This document shows positions 46,865-56,861 of a stretch of 64,000 bases of DNA, one piece after another (positions within the stretch are counted from its first letter, which is position 1; every line of letters begins with the position of its first letter). The stretch comes from an uncultured Desulfobacter sp. (lineage in GTDB: Bacteria > Desulfobacterota > Desulfobacteria > Desulfobacterales > Desulfobacteraceae). The notes under the pieces are model-generated. The model saw nothing but the letters and a program-made list of their open reading frames with translations, searched no databases and was not told the DNA's origin. The stretch is taken from NCBI GenBank assembly GCA_963665095.1, contig OY762069.1, forward strand, positions 1,280,001-1,344,000. The letters are read 5' to 3'. The position numbers were made by a program, and so were the translations under genes.

Positions 46865-49800
46865 ATGATATCCGAAACCACAGCTGAGACAGACATTTTG
46901 CGCACCCGTCAGGTGCCTGTAGCCATCATTGGCATGGGTTGCATTTTCCCTGAATCAAGAAACCTGAAAGAATTCTGGCACCTTTTGTTTAACGGTATTG
47001 ACGCGGTTTCCGCCATACCGGAAACGTCACACTGGCAGGTAAAGGATTATTTTGACAAAGATCCGGCCTGCCCTGACCATACCTATTGCACCCGAGGCGG
47101 ATTCATACCTGACATTGCCTTTGACCCATTAAGCTACGGGATTCCCCCGAACAATATTACTGCCACAGACACCTCACAGCTTTTAGGCCTTGAGGTTGTG
47201 CGCATGGCCCTGGCTGATGCGGGCTATCCTGTGGGACATGCCCACCTTAAGGAAAAACGGGTGAATGTCATTCTCGGTGTTACCGGTACCCAGGAACTGG
47301 TAATTCCCTTAGGGGCAAGACTGGGCCATCCCTTCTGGAAAAGAGCACTGGATGCCGCCGGGGTTGACCAGGCCCGGAAAGAGGCTGTCCTTAAACATAT
47401 TGGTGACTCCTATGTGAGCTGGCAGGAAAATTCCTTTCCCGGTCTTCTGGGCAATGTGGTGGCCGGAAGGATCGCCAACCGACTTGATCTGTCCGGTACC
47501 AACACGGTTTGCGACGCTGCCTGTGCAAGCTCTCTTTCTGCCATCCATACTGCTATCATGGAGCTTGAAACCGGATGCTGCGATATGTCCATTACCGGCG
47601 GGGTGGACACGCTGAATGATATCTTCATGCACATGTGCTTCTCCAAAACCGGCGTGCTCTCCCACACCAGTGATGCCCGGCCGTTCTCAAAAGATGCAGA
47701 CGGCACTGTACTCGGCGAAGGCATTGGCATGCTGGTACTCAAACGCCTGGATGACGCCCAAAGGGACAACGACCGGATTTATGCAGTTATCAAAGGCATG
47801 GGAACGGCCAGTGACGGCCGGACTTCCGCCGTGTACGCCCCTGAGGCCAAAGGCCAGGTTAAAGCCCTGGCAGACGCCTATGGCAAAGCTGGGTTTGATC
47901 CCGGCACTGTGGGTCTGATTGAAGCGCATGGTACCGGCACCCGGGTGGGCGACAAGGTGGAATTCACCGCATTAAAACAGTTTTTTAAGGCGAATCCCAC
48001 AGCCTCTGCAGCCATCGGGTCTGTAAAATCCATGATCGGCCATGCCAAGGCGGCAGCAGGTGCCGCCGGCATTATAAAAGCCGCCCTGGCCCTTCATCAC
48101 AAGGTTCTTCCCCCAACCCTGAAGGCAAAGACCCCTGACCCGGATTTGGATATTCAGAACTCCCCCTTTTATCTTAACCAGACTTCCCGGCCCTGGACCG
48201 GCAAAGAGAGCGGTTGTTCGCCAAGGCGGTCCGGTGTTTCAGCATTTGGATTTGGGGGGTCGAACTTCCATGCGGTACTTGAAGAGTATCTGCCGGAAAA
48301 AGAGCATGTTTCCTGGGACGGTGCCGTTCAGATTATTGCTGTATCGGCAGAGAACCGGCAACAGATGGCTGAAAAATTAGAGCGCATATCTAAAGAGATT
48401 AAAGCCCATGACACCCGGGACCGGGCCGCCTTTTTCCAGGCCGTATCCTGGCAGGCCTGTGAATCGAGAAAAATATTCAGCGTGTCAGATAATTTGCGTC
48501 TGCTCATTCTTATCAATACCCCTGACACCACCCTGGATCTTATTGAGCAGGCCCTTCAGGTGATTAGTGAAAAAAGCCAGGCCAAGCCACCAATCTTTTT
48601 CGGGGCAGGCACGTCTGCGGGCAAGCTGGCATTTATCTATCCGGGCCAGGGCAGCCAGTACACGGGTATGGCGAGCCGGATCATGTCCCAGTTTCCGGAA
48701 AGCCTTCAGACACTGAGCTGCGCTGATGCCTGTGTAAAACTAACAAAAGACGGTAAAGATGATGCCCTTTTATCCACTTATATCTACCCACTGCCTGAAT
48801 ATGCAGTAGATAAAACAACCGCTGAGACAGCCTTGCGCCAGACCCGGATTGCCCAGCCGGCCATTGGTGCTGTATCTCTGGCCATGACCCGGATTCTGTC
48901 CAGATTCAAGGTGGTTCCTGACATGGCCTGCGGGCACAGCTATGGGGAATTATGTGCCCTTTATGCGGCAGGCTGGATAGATGAACAGACCTGTCTTGAA
49001 CTGTCTGCCGCCAGGGGTCAGTTTATGGCCAAAGCAGGAGAAGGAAATGATGATCCCGGCAGTATGCTTGCCGTTAAAGCCGGCATTGACCGGATTGAAG
49101 CCCTGATTGAAGAAGAGGGGCTGGATCTTGTTCTGGCAAATAAAAACAGTCCCAGCCAGGGGGTCCTGTCCGGGGAAACCGCGCTGATCTTAAAAGCGGA
49201 AAAACTATGCCGGCTGAAAAAAATGCGGGCTGTCAAACTGCCTGTTGCAGCGGCGTTTCACAGCCGCCTGGTGGCCCAGGCTGCGGCCCCGTTTAAAGCC
49301 ATGACTGCCGGGGCAGCCATGACACCGGGGAAAATCATTGTGTTATCCAATACTACGGGTCAGCCCTATCCGGAAGACGTGACAAAAGCCAGGGAACTTT
49401 TAGGGCAGCAGTTAATGCACCCGGTCGATTTTATAGGCAATATCCAGTACATGCACAGCCAGGGTGTTGACACCTTTGTTGAGGTTGGCCCTAAAACTGT
49501 TCTCTCCGGCCTTGTTAGAGCCATACTCAAAGGAAAGGATATTCAGACCCTGGCACTGGATACGTCAGCCGGCAAAACCTCTGGAATACAGGACCTCGGA
49601 CACTGCCTGTGTGCCATTGCTGCCAAGGGTTTTGACATTGACCTGTCCGCATGGGAAGAGGACGCCCCCCCTCCGACACCCAAAAAATTCACCATCATGC
49701 TGAATGGCGCCAATCCAAAGCCGGATTTACCAGAAACCAGTCCCCCTGAAACACCGGATAAAAAAGCGGATTTACTCCGTGCAAAGGACCACAAGCCCGA

Positions 49801-52800
49801 AGTAAACCCGGAATCGGACACCAGAAGCGGATCGCAGACAACCGTGGGCAGAAACGCCGACGGCCATTGCACCCCAAAGACTTCCACCATGCAAGGAAAT
49901 GCCATGACATCTTTTCCACACCCTGAATGTAATGCCACACAGATCCAGACTGACTCAAATCAGGTTCAGACCGCCGGTCCAGCAACCAACCCGGAACTGC
50001 TCATTCAGGGCCTTTCAGCCATTCAACAGCTCCAGGCCCAGACCGCCCGGGCCCATGAAAAATTTCTGGAAACCCAGGCTGAAGCCAGCAGAACTTTAGC
50101 GGCACTCATGGCACAGACACGGGGGCAGTACCCTTTACAGGCTCCAGGGTACAGTCAGGCAGGTTTTTCCAGTCAGCACCCTGCCCGGGTGGACGGATCC
50201 TATGCCCAGCCTTATCCGCAACCCCTTGATACGACCCGGACGGTTGCGCAGCCTTCTTACATCCAGACAGTATCCACGCCGCCTCAGACACCCATGCCTC
50301 ACCCGGCAGAAACGGCAGCTGCCAGCCGGCCATCTGTATCAGATTCCTTAAAGAGAGCCACCGCTGAAGAATCCTCCACCTCAGGTAATGATACGGTCCC
50401 TGAAATCCAGAAGATTTTGTTTGAAACGGTGAGCCGCCTGACAGGCTTTCCCGTTGAGATGCTGGAATCCCACATGGATATAGAATCAGACCTCGGCATT
50501 GACTCCATTAAAAAAGTGGAAATTATTTCAGAGCTGGAAAAGGCGTTCCCTGACAGTAAAAACCTTTCAGCCGAGAGTTTAAGCACTGTTAGAACCCTTG
50601 CTGATATCTGCAGTGCGGTAACTGATGATAGCAGTGATACAGGCCCGGTCCAGACCCGGCAACTGTTAGAGCCTCAAAACTCAGCAAGCCAGATCCCTAC
50701 AGAATCAGCCGTTAACGCAAACAGTGACACCCTTGGTATACTCATAAATATTATCAGTGAACTGACAGGTTTCCCCAAAGAGATGCTGGAGCCTGAAATG
50801 GATCTGGAATCAGATCTTGGCATCGACTCGATCAAGCGGGTGGAAATCCTGTCGCGTCTTGAACAGGAGCAGCCGGAATCACGCGCCATGTCCCCGGATG
50901 ACATGGGAAGTTTAAAAACCATCGGAGACATTGTCCTCCATCTTAATGCTGATAAAAAACCGGTTTCCACTGAAACCGGCAAAAAAAAAACTGCGCATGA
51001 CGCCCTGACCCCGGCAGCGGACCTGGATAAAGAGTTAATTCCCTCCAAGCCCCTGGTTCGCCAGGAAGTGGCATTAACTGTTTATCCCACCCACCAGGTA
51101 CGTTTTTACAACGGGGCGCGGATTCAAATACCATCAGATAAAACCGTCTATCTTACCCGTGACAGTTCAGGCATTGCCGGGGTGTTTGAGCAGGAGTTCA
51201 AAAAACTTGGCATTAAGACCCGGATCATTGAACCGGACCCGGACAAACTTTCAGACATTTCAAATGCAGCCGGCCTGGTACTCATTCCAGATACATTTGC
51301 CTCCCCTGAAGATAAGGCAGCCGGACACTTCCTGTTTACATCATTTTGTCTTGCCGCAAAATTTGGCGACGCGCTTAAAACCAATGCCAGAACAGGTGAC
51401 GGTTTTATGGCCTGTATCAGTTTTCTTGGCGGCAGTTTTGGTTTCAAAGGGATAACAAAGGGGCTCAGCCCTATATACGGCGGCATTGCCGGACTGGCTA
51501 AAACTGCGGCCCTTGAATGGCGGCCAGTGCTGTGCAGGGCCCTTGATCTTCCCTTTGACAGAGATGCGGTCAAAGAAAATGCTGAGGCAGCCGTGGCACT
51601 GATGCTGACCCGGGGGGCAGTGGAAATGGGGCTTTTCGGCGAACAATGTTGCATTCCTGAGCTGTCGGCCAGGCAGATCTGCCCAACAAACGCCGTTGAC
51701 CTTGATGATTCTGATGTAGTGCTTATCTCAGGCGGAGCCAAGGGGGTTACCGCCGAATGTGCCCTGGCCTTAGCCAAGGCCGCTTCCTCTAAAATTGCCC
51801 TGTTTGGCCGTTCCCGGCCCCCATTTGAAGAACCCGCATGGATTGCCGGAATTACGGATCCGGCAGAGATGAAGAAAGCCATTTTTGCCAACGCATTTAA
51901 AAATGAAAAACCAAATCCGGCCCGGGTTGAAGCTCAATACAGATCTTTTATATCAAACCGGGACATTAAGATGAACCTGGACAGGATAGGGACCTGGGCC
52001 CGTGAGGTCCGGTATTACTGCGTGGACATTCAGAAAAAGGCCATAGTTAAACAGGCCATAGCCCAGGTGTCTGGTGAACTTGGCACCATTTCAGCCCTGA
52101 TTCATGGTGCAGGAGTCCTTGAAGATAAGCTTATATGCGAAAAATCACCTGAACAGTTCACACGGGTATTTGACACAAAGGTCAAGGGGCTGTCTAACCT
52201 TCTTTCCGGCATTGATGAAACCTGTTTGAAACACCTTGTTCTTTTTTCATCCGTGGCTGCCCGATTCGGCAATACCGGCCAGTGTGATTACGCCATGGCC
52301 AATGAAGTGTTGAACAAAATAGCCCAGACCATATCAACTGGCAAGACTACCTGTAAAACCATATCGATAAACTGGGGCCCCTGGGACGGAGGCATGGTCA
52401 CAGATGCGCTGAAACGGGAATTTGAGAAACGTGGAATAGATTTGATCCCCATTGACCAGGGAGCTTCTCAGATGGTTATGGAAATGGCAAATCCGGATCA
52501 GACCTGTGTTGAAGTGGTCATCGGGGGAACCATCTCTTCAAGCCTTGAAAAAAAATCCCAGACAATGAGCAAAGCGTTGACCCAGAGTTTTGGTACGCGT
52601 CAAAGCCCAGTGGTTAATGACCACATGATAGACAAAACACCAGTGGTCCCCTTTGCCCTTATGGTGGACCTTCTGGCCTGCGGTGCCGAACAAAACAATC
52701 CCGGCCTTAAATTTGCCGGAATGGACAATGTCCGTCTGCTTAAAGGGATTATACCCGACAAGAAACCAGTGGATGTCCAGGTAGATATTGGAAAGTGCAA

Positions 52801-54592
52801 AACCCAGGATAACCAGCTGTTTGTGCCGGCAACCTTAAGTTCTACCGGTTCCAAAGATTCCCAGATTCTTCATGCCAACGCCAGTGTATTGCTCGCAGAC
52901 AGCCTGCCAGCCCCTCCTGTGTTGTCCAAAGCCGCTTTTATGGGGCTGTCCCCCTGGGATATCACCGTAAAGCAGGCATACGAGAAGATTCTTTTCCATG
53001 AAGGCGAGCTTCAGTGCATATCAGAAATTTGCGGGATTTCCTCCAAAGGCATTGAAGTTACAACCACCACAGCGCCTGATATCTGTGAATGGTACGAAAC
53101 GCCCCATGCCCGTCAATGGTGCATGGATCCCATGGTGCTGGATGCGGCATTTCAGGCAGCTATTTTATGGACCTATCACCAATGCGGCCAGGCTTGTCTG
53201 CCTGCAAGTTTTATCAATTTAAGAGTGTACCGCACTTTTCCCAAACAGCCCGGCCAGGCGGTCAGAATTTTGTTTACCGTCAACCATCAGAACCAGCACA
53301 AAATACAAGGGTATTTTACGTTTCTGGATGAATCCGGCACAGTCCTGGCCAGTATTATGGGATTTGAGGCAGTAACAGATCCGGGTCTGCTTGACAAATT
53401 CAGGGCCCGGCCCCTGTTTGACCGGGATAAAATTATTGCCTTTGCCCAGGGAAACCCGTCTGACGCATTTGGCGCTCCCTATAAAATTTTTGATAGTGAA
53501 CGGGAAATTGCCCGTCTGCCAAGACCACCCTACTTTTTTATGGATGCCGTGATCAAAGCGGATCATCCAGCCTGGCAGACCGCTCCCGGTGGATGGATAG
53601 AGTCATCATTTAATATAGATGAAAATCAATGGTATTTTGCAGCCAACCACAGCCACACCATGCCCTTTTGCATTCTTCTTGAGATTGCACTTCAGCCCTG
53701 CGGATGGCTCGCAGCCTATGGCGGGGCGGCCCTGCTGTGCGATGACCGGCTGCATTTCAGAAATCTGGGAGGAAAAGCCATTCTTTTTCAGAACCTTACC
53801 CGGAATTCCGGAAAAGTCATGGTGCGGGTTAAAATGACCGATGTTTCCAGAGCCGGTGGTATGATCATTGAAAATTTTGAGATGGAGGTGTTGTGCCGGG
53901 GCCGGGAAATATATAAAGGCACAACCAATTTTGGCTTTTTTACCAGCAATGCCCTGGCCAATCAGGTGGGGATACGCCACCCGGAAGCCTACCAGGTACT
54001 TGATGAAAACCCGGATGGATCCGTGATTCGATTTGAAGACCATGCGCCTTTCACGCCTGAAGATGTAACAACAGGCCCCAATACCGGTATGCCGGCCAAA
54101 TCGCTGAGAATGATCGATGAAATTACCCATCTGGATTTACATGGCGGTATCCACAACAAGGGCTGTATCCAGGGAATTAAGCAAGTGGATCCAGAAGAGT
54201 GGTTTTTTAAAGCGCATTTTTATCAGGATCCTGTATGTCCTGGATCCTTAGGGGTGGAATCCTTTCTTCAGCTGATCAGATTTTTCCTCTTGAAAAAATA
54301 CAGGCTTTCCCCTGATCAATATCTGCCGGTCATGACGGAAAATAGTGCTCATGAATGGACGTACAGAGGGCAGGTGATCCCTTCCAATTCAACCATCGTT
54401 GTTCAGGCCCACATAAAGCAAGACCGGATGGATAATACCGGTTGCACAGCAACGGCTGACGGCACCCTGTGCGTGGACGGCATCTGCATTTATGAAATGA
54501 AAGATTTCAGTATGACGCTGCAGGCCATTCAAACTGAACAGACACCATTATCTGACAAAGCTGATAAAATCACAGCCACCCCCGCAAAATAA
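46865..54592 (+). CDS. PfaA-like iterative type I PKS/FAS: KS-AT-ACP-ACP-KR-DH plus two FabA-type dehydratases
   Basis: DAACASS, EAHGTGT, GHSYGE, AFHS, LGIDSIK twice, GGAKGVT, DH..PVVP, and FKAHFYQDPVCPGSLGVE. Confidence 0.92.
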   Translation: MISETTAETDILRTRQVPVAIIGMGCIFPESRNLKEFWHLLFNGIDAVSAIPETSHWQVKDYFDKDPACPDHTYCTRGGFIPDIAFDPLSYGIPPNNITATDTSQLLGLEVVRMALADAGYPVGHAHLKEKRVNVILGVTGTQELVIPLGARLGHPFWKRALDAAGVDQARKEAVLKHIGDSYVSWQENSFPGLLGNVVAGRIANRLDLSGTNTVCDAACASSLSAIHTAIMELETGCCDMSITGGVDTLNDIFMHMCFSKTGVLSHTSDARPFSKDADGTVLGEGIGMLVLKRLDDAQRDNDRIYAVIKGMGTASDGRTSAVYAPEAKGQVKALADAYGKAGFDPGTVGLIEAHGTGTRVGDKVEFTALKQFFKANPTASAAIGSVKSMIGHAKAAAGAAGIIKAALALHHKVLPPTLKAKTPDPDLDIQNSPFYLNQTSRPWTGKESGCSPRRSGVSAFGFGGSNFHAVLEEYLPEKEHVSWDGAVQIIAVSAENRQQMAEKLERISKEIKAHDTRDRAAFFQAVSWQACESRKIFSVSDNLRLLILINTPDTTLDLIEQALQVISEKSQAKPPIFFGAGTSAGKLAFIYPGQGSQYTGMASRIMSQFPESLQTLSCADACVKLTKDGKDDALLSTYIYPLPEYAVDKTTAETALRQTRIAQPAIGAVSLAMTRILSRFKVVPDMACGHSYGELCALYAAGWIDEQTCLELSAARGQFMAKAGEGNDDPGSMLAVKAGIDRIEALIEEEGLDLVLANKNSPSQGVLSGETALILKAEKLCRLKKMRAVKLPVAAAFHSRLVAQAAAPFKAMTAGAAMTPGKIIVLSNTTGQPYPEDVTKARELLGQQLMHPVDFIGNIQYMHSQGVDTFVEVGPKTVLSGLVRAILKGKDIQTLALDTSAGKTSGIQDLGHCLCAIAAKGFDIDLSAWEEDAPPPTPKKFTIMLNGANPKPDLPETSPPETPDKKADLLRAKDHKPEVNPESDTRSGSQTTVGRNADGHCTPKTSTMQGNAMTSFPHPECNATQIQTDSNQVQTAGPATNPELLIQGLSAIQQLQAQTARAHEKFLETQAEASRTLAALMAQTRGQYPLQAPGYSQAGFSSQHPARVDGSYAQPYPQPLDTTRTVAQPSYIQTVSTPPQTPMPHPAETAAASRPSVSDSLKRATAEESSTSGNDTVPEIQKILFETVSRLTGFPVEMLESHMDIESDLGIDSIKKVEIISELEKAFPDSKNLSAESLSTVRTLADICSAVTDDSSDTGPVQTRQLLEPQNSASQIPTESAVNANSDTLGILINIISELTGFPKEMLEPEMDLESDLGIDSIKRVEILSRLEQEQPESRAMSPDDMGSLKTIGDIVLHLNADKKPVSTETGKKKTAHDALTPAADLDKELIPSKPLVRQEVALTVYPTHQVRFYNGARIQIPSDKTVYLTRDSSGIAGVFEQEFKKLGIKTRIIEPDPDKLSDISNAAGLVLIPDTFASPEDKAAGHFLFTSFCLAAKFGDALKTNARTGDGFMACISFLGGSFGFKGITKGLSPIYGGIAGLAKTAALEWRPVLCRALDLPFDRDAVKENAEAAVALMLTRGAVEMGLFGEQCCIPELSARQICPTNAVDLDDSDVVLISGGAKGVTAECALALAKAASSKIALFGRSRPPFEEPAWIAGITDPAEMKKAIFANAFKNEKPNPARVEAQYRSFISNRDIKMNLDRIGTWAREVRYYCVDIQKKAIVKQAIAQVSGELGTISALIHGAGVLEDKLICEKSPEQFTRVFDTKVKGLSNLLSGIDETCLKHLVLFSSVAARFGNTGQCDYAMANEVLNKIAQTISTGKTTCKTISINWGPWDGGMVTDALKREFEKRGIDLIPIDQGASQMVMEMANPDQTCVEVVIGGTISSSLEKKSQTMSKALTQSFGTRQSPVVNDHMIDKTPVVPFALMVDLLACGAEQNNPGLKFAGMDNVRLLKGIIPDKKPVDVQVDIGKCKTQDNQLFVPATLSSTGSKDSQILHANASVLLADSLPAPPVLSKAAFMGLSPWDITVKQAYEKILFHEGELQCISEICGISSKGIEVTTTTAPDICEWYETPHARQWCMDPMVLDAAFQAAILWTYHQCGQACLPASFINLRVYRTFPKQPGQAVRILFTVNHQNQHKIQGYFTFLDESGTVLASIMGFEAVTDPGLLDKFRARPLFDRDKIIAFAQGNPSDAFGAPYKIFDSEREIARLPRPPYFFMDAVIKADHPAWQTAPGGWIESSFNIDENQWYFAANHSHTMPFCILLEIALQPCGWLAAYGGAALLCDDRLHFRNLGGKAILFQNLTRNSGKVMVRVKMTDVSRAGGMIIENFEMEVLCRGREIYKGTTNFGFFTSNALANQVGIRHPEAYQVLDENPDGSVIRFEDHAPFTPEDVTTGPNTGMPAKSLRMIDEITHLDLHGGIHNKGCIQGIKQVDPEEWFFKAHFYQDPVCPGSLGVESFLQLIRFFLLKKYRLSPDQYLPVMTENSAHEWTYRGQVIPSNSTIVVQAHIKQDRMDNTGCTATADGTLCVDGICIYEMKDFSMTLQAIQTEQTPLSDKADKITATPAK

Positions 54593-55378
54593 ATGGCATC
54601 CCATATCCGGAACACCATGAAAACAAAAGGAATCATATATGTCTGCTTTGGCCGGGAATTTGATGAGAGTCTGGCCGGTTTGATGCGAGTTAACCGCAGA
54701 TCAACCGGCTTACCAGTCACAGTGATGACCAACCAGAAAGAACCGTCACCAATCTGGAAAGAACTCCGTGACATCCGCTTTATCTATTTTGATCTGCCGC
54801 AAAAAGATAACCGTCAGGTAAAGACCAGCGCAATAAACTATTCTCCCTATGATCAGACACTGCTTTTAGATGCGGATACAGTGATTCAAAGAAAAGGGGC
54901 CAGGGATATTTTTCTTGATCTTGACCATGCAGACATCATTGTCAGTCCGGAATTCACCATACAATCAGGGGAGTTAACCTATAATATATACAAACGCACC
55001 ATTGAGAAGACAAAAACAAAACTGCCTCTGACTGTGGCCAGTGGCGGATTCCTGGTTTTCAACAAAAATGAAAGGGTTAACCATTTCTTTGAGTTATGGC
55101 ACAGCTACTGGCAGCGTATGGGTTCCGGCAGGGAAATGCCATCCCTGGCCTGTGCCTTGAAAAATTCCAGTGCCCATGTCGTCTATAAATCCGGTATTTA
55201 CTCCCAGCGTAAAAGAGATCCCAACTGCATAATCCAGCACAACTGGAACTGGAGAACAGATTTCTGGTCCTCTTTGCGAAGCAATATATTTAAAAAATAT
55301 GGTGTCCGGAACCCAAACTCTGACAAATCATTTGACGTCAATGAAAATGAGGACTGGAAAATGGTGAAATGCGATTGA
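54593..55378 (+). CDS. Putative GT-A fold glycosyltransferase
   Basis: KGIIYV, SPYDQTLLLDADT (DxD) and SGGFLVF. Confidence 0.6.
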   Translation: MASHIRNTMKTKGIIYVCFGREFDESLAGLMRVNRRSTGLPVTVMTNQKEPSPIWKELRDIRFIYFDLPQKDNRQVKTSAINYSPYDQTLLLDADTVIQRKGARDIFLDLDHADIIVSPEFTIQSGELTYNIYKRTIEKTKTKLPLTVASGGFLVFNKNERVNHFFELWHSYWQRMGSGREMPSLACALKNSSAHVVYKSGIYSQRKRDPNCIIQHNWNWRTDFWSSLRSNIFKKYGVRNPNSDKSFDVNENEDWKMVKCD

Positions 55379-55478
55379 TGGGGAAATGATAGATGCCCGC
55401 CGAATTCACCCGGGACAATGCTGCCAAACATCCTGACTCGGCCAGACGCTTGACCCGATTAGCTCACTTTTTAGAAAT

Positions 55479-56861
55479 TCAGGTGAAAATTTTTCCGGGA
55501 TTTAAAATATTCTTGGGATCAAATACTTTTTTAATGCCTTTCATGAGCGCCATTTCAGCAGCAGAAACCTCTTTTGTCAGGTAAGGCATCTTGGTAATGC
55601 CAACCCCATGCTCTCCGGTGATGGTGCCGCCGAGCCTTAAAGCGGCATCAAACAGTTTATCCACAGCCCTATTTGCCTTCTCAGCCTGAAATTTATCTGT
55701 TTTGTCGTACATAATATTGCAATGGATGTTACCGTCCCCGGCATGGCCAAATGCCACCACAGTCAGGCCGGATTCCCTCTGGATCTTTTCAACAGCTTCC
55801 ACCATGCGGGCAATCTTTGAAATGGGCACCACAATATCTTCATTAATTTTGTTGGGAGCTATTTTATAAAGGACAGGAGATAAAGATTTTCTGGCCTGCC
55901 ACAGCTCTTTTGCCTCGTCATCCGTGGATGCGGTAATGACGTCCAACGCCCCGTGTTCAAGACAGAATTGCCGGATCACATCGGCATCTTCATTTACCAG
56001 GGCATTGGAATGTCCGTCCAGTTCCAGAATAAGCATGGCCCGGGTATGTTCCGGCAGCTGGAATGCAAGCCGGTCTTTCACCAGCGACAACGAGGCGTTA
56101 TCCAGATATTCCACACACCGTGGAACCGCTGTCTGTTTGACAATATCAGATACGGCCTGTGCGGCTTGTTCTGTGCTGCGGAAAAAAACCGCCATGGTTT
56201 TCACAGCACAGGGCTTTGGCAACAGGCGGACCACAATCCGGGTCACAAAGGCCAGAGTGCCTTCAGAGCCCACAATGAGGCGGGTCAGATCATATCCGGC
56301 CACACCCTTGGCCGTAATCACCCCTGTTTTAATGATGTCGCCGTTGGGGAGCACAGCCCCCAAGCCCAGGACATAATCCCTTGTTACCCCGTACTTTACA
56401 GCCTTTGGGCCCCCGGCACACTCCGCCACATTCCCGCCCATGGTACACACGGCGGATGAGGCCGGATCCGGCGGATAAAACAGGCCCCTGGCCTCCACGG
56501 CATCCTGGAGATCTTTTACAATCACACCAGGTTCCACCTGGGCAGTAAAATTGCGGTCATCAATCTCTAAAATTTTGTTCAGCCGGCTGGTGGCAATGAC
56601 AACCCCCCCCTGGACCGGAACAGCGCCGCCTGTCATACCGGATCCGCTGCCCCTTGGAACGACGGGAAACTCAAAGGCAGTGGCAAGCTTCAAAATCTGG
56701 GAAACCTGGGCTTCTGTGTCTGGAAACACAACCGCATCAGGTAAAAAAGATTTGCCTGTGGCATCATAGGAATAAAGCAGTCGTTCTTCTTTTCCAGTGC
56801 TTAAATTCTCTTTTCCAACTATTTTTTCAAGGGGGTCTAATTGGTTTGCCGTAAGCGCCAT
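55479..56861 (-). CDS. FAD-linked oxidase, GlcD / D-lactate dehydrogenase family
   Basis: PRGSGSG, YPPDPAS, KYGVTRDYV, GHAGDGNIH, GEHGVG and LNPGK motifs. Confidence 0.92.
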   Translation of the reverse strand: MALTANQLDPLEKIVGKENLSTGKEERLLYSYDATGKSFLPDAVVFPDTEAQVSQILKLATAFEFPVVPRGSGSGMTGGAVPVQGGVVIATSRLNKILEIDDRNFTAQVEPGVIVKDLQDAVEARGLFYPPDPASSAVCTMGGNVAECAGGPKAVKYGVTRDYVLGLGAVLPNGDIIKTGVITAKGVAGYDLTRLIVGSEGTLAFVTRIVVRLLPKPCAVKTMAVFFRSTEQAAQAVSDIVKQTAVPRCVEYLDNASLSLVKDRLAFQLPEHTRAMLILELDGHSNALVNEDADVIRQFCLEHGALDVITASTDDEAKELWQARKSLSPVLYKIAPNKINEDIVVPISKIARMVEAVEKIQRESGLTVVAFGHAGDGNIHCNIMYDKTDKFQAEKANRAVDKLFDAALRLGGTITGEHGVGITKMPYLTKEVSAAEMALMKGIKKVFDPKNILNPGKIFT

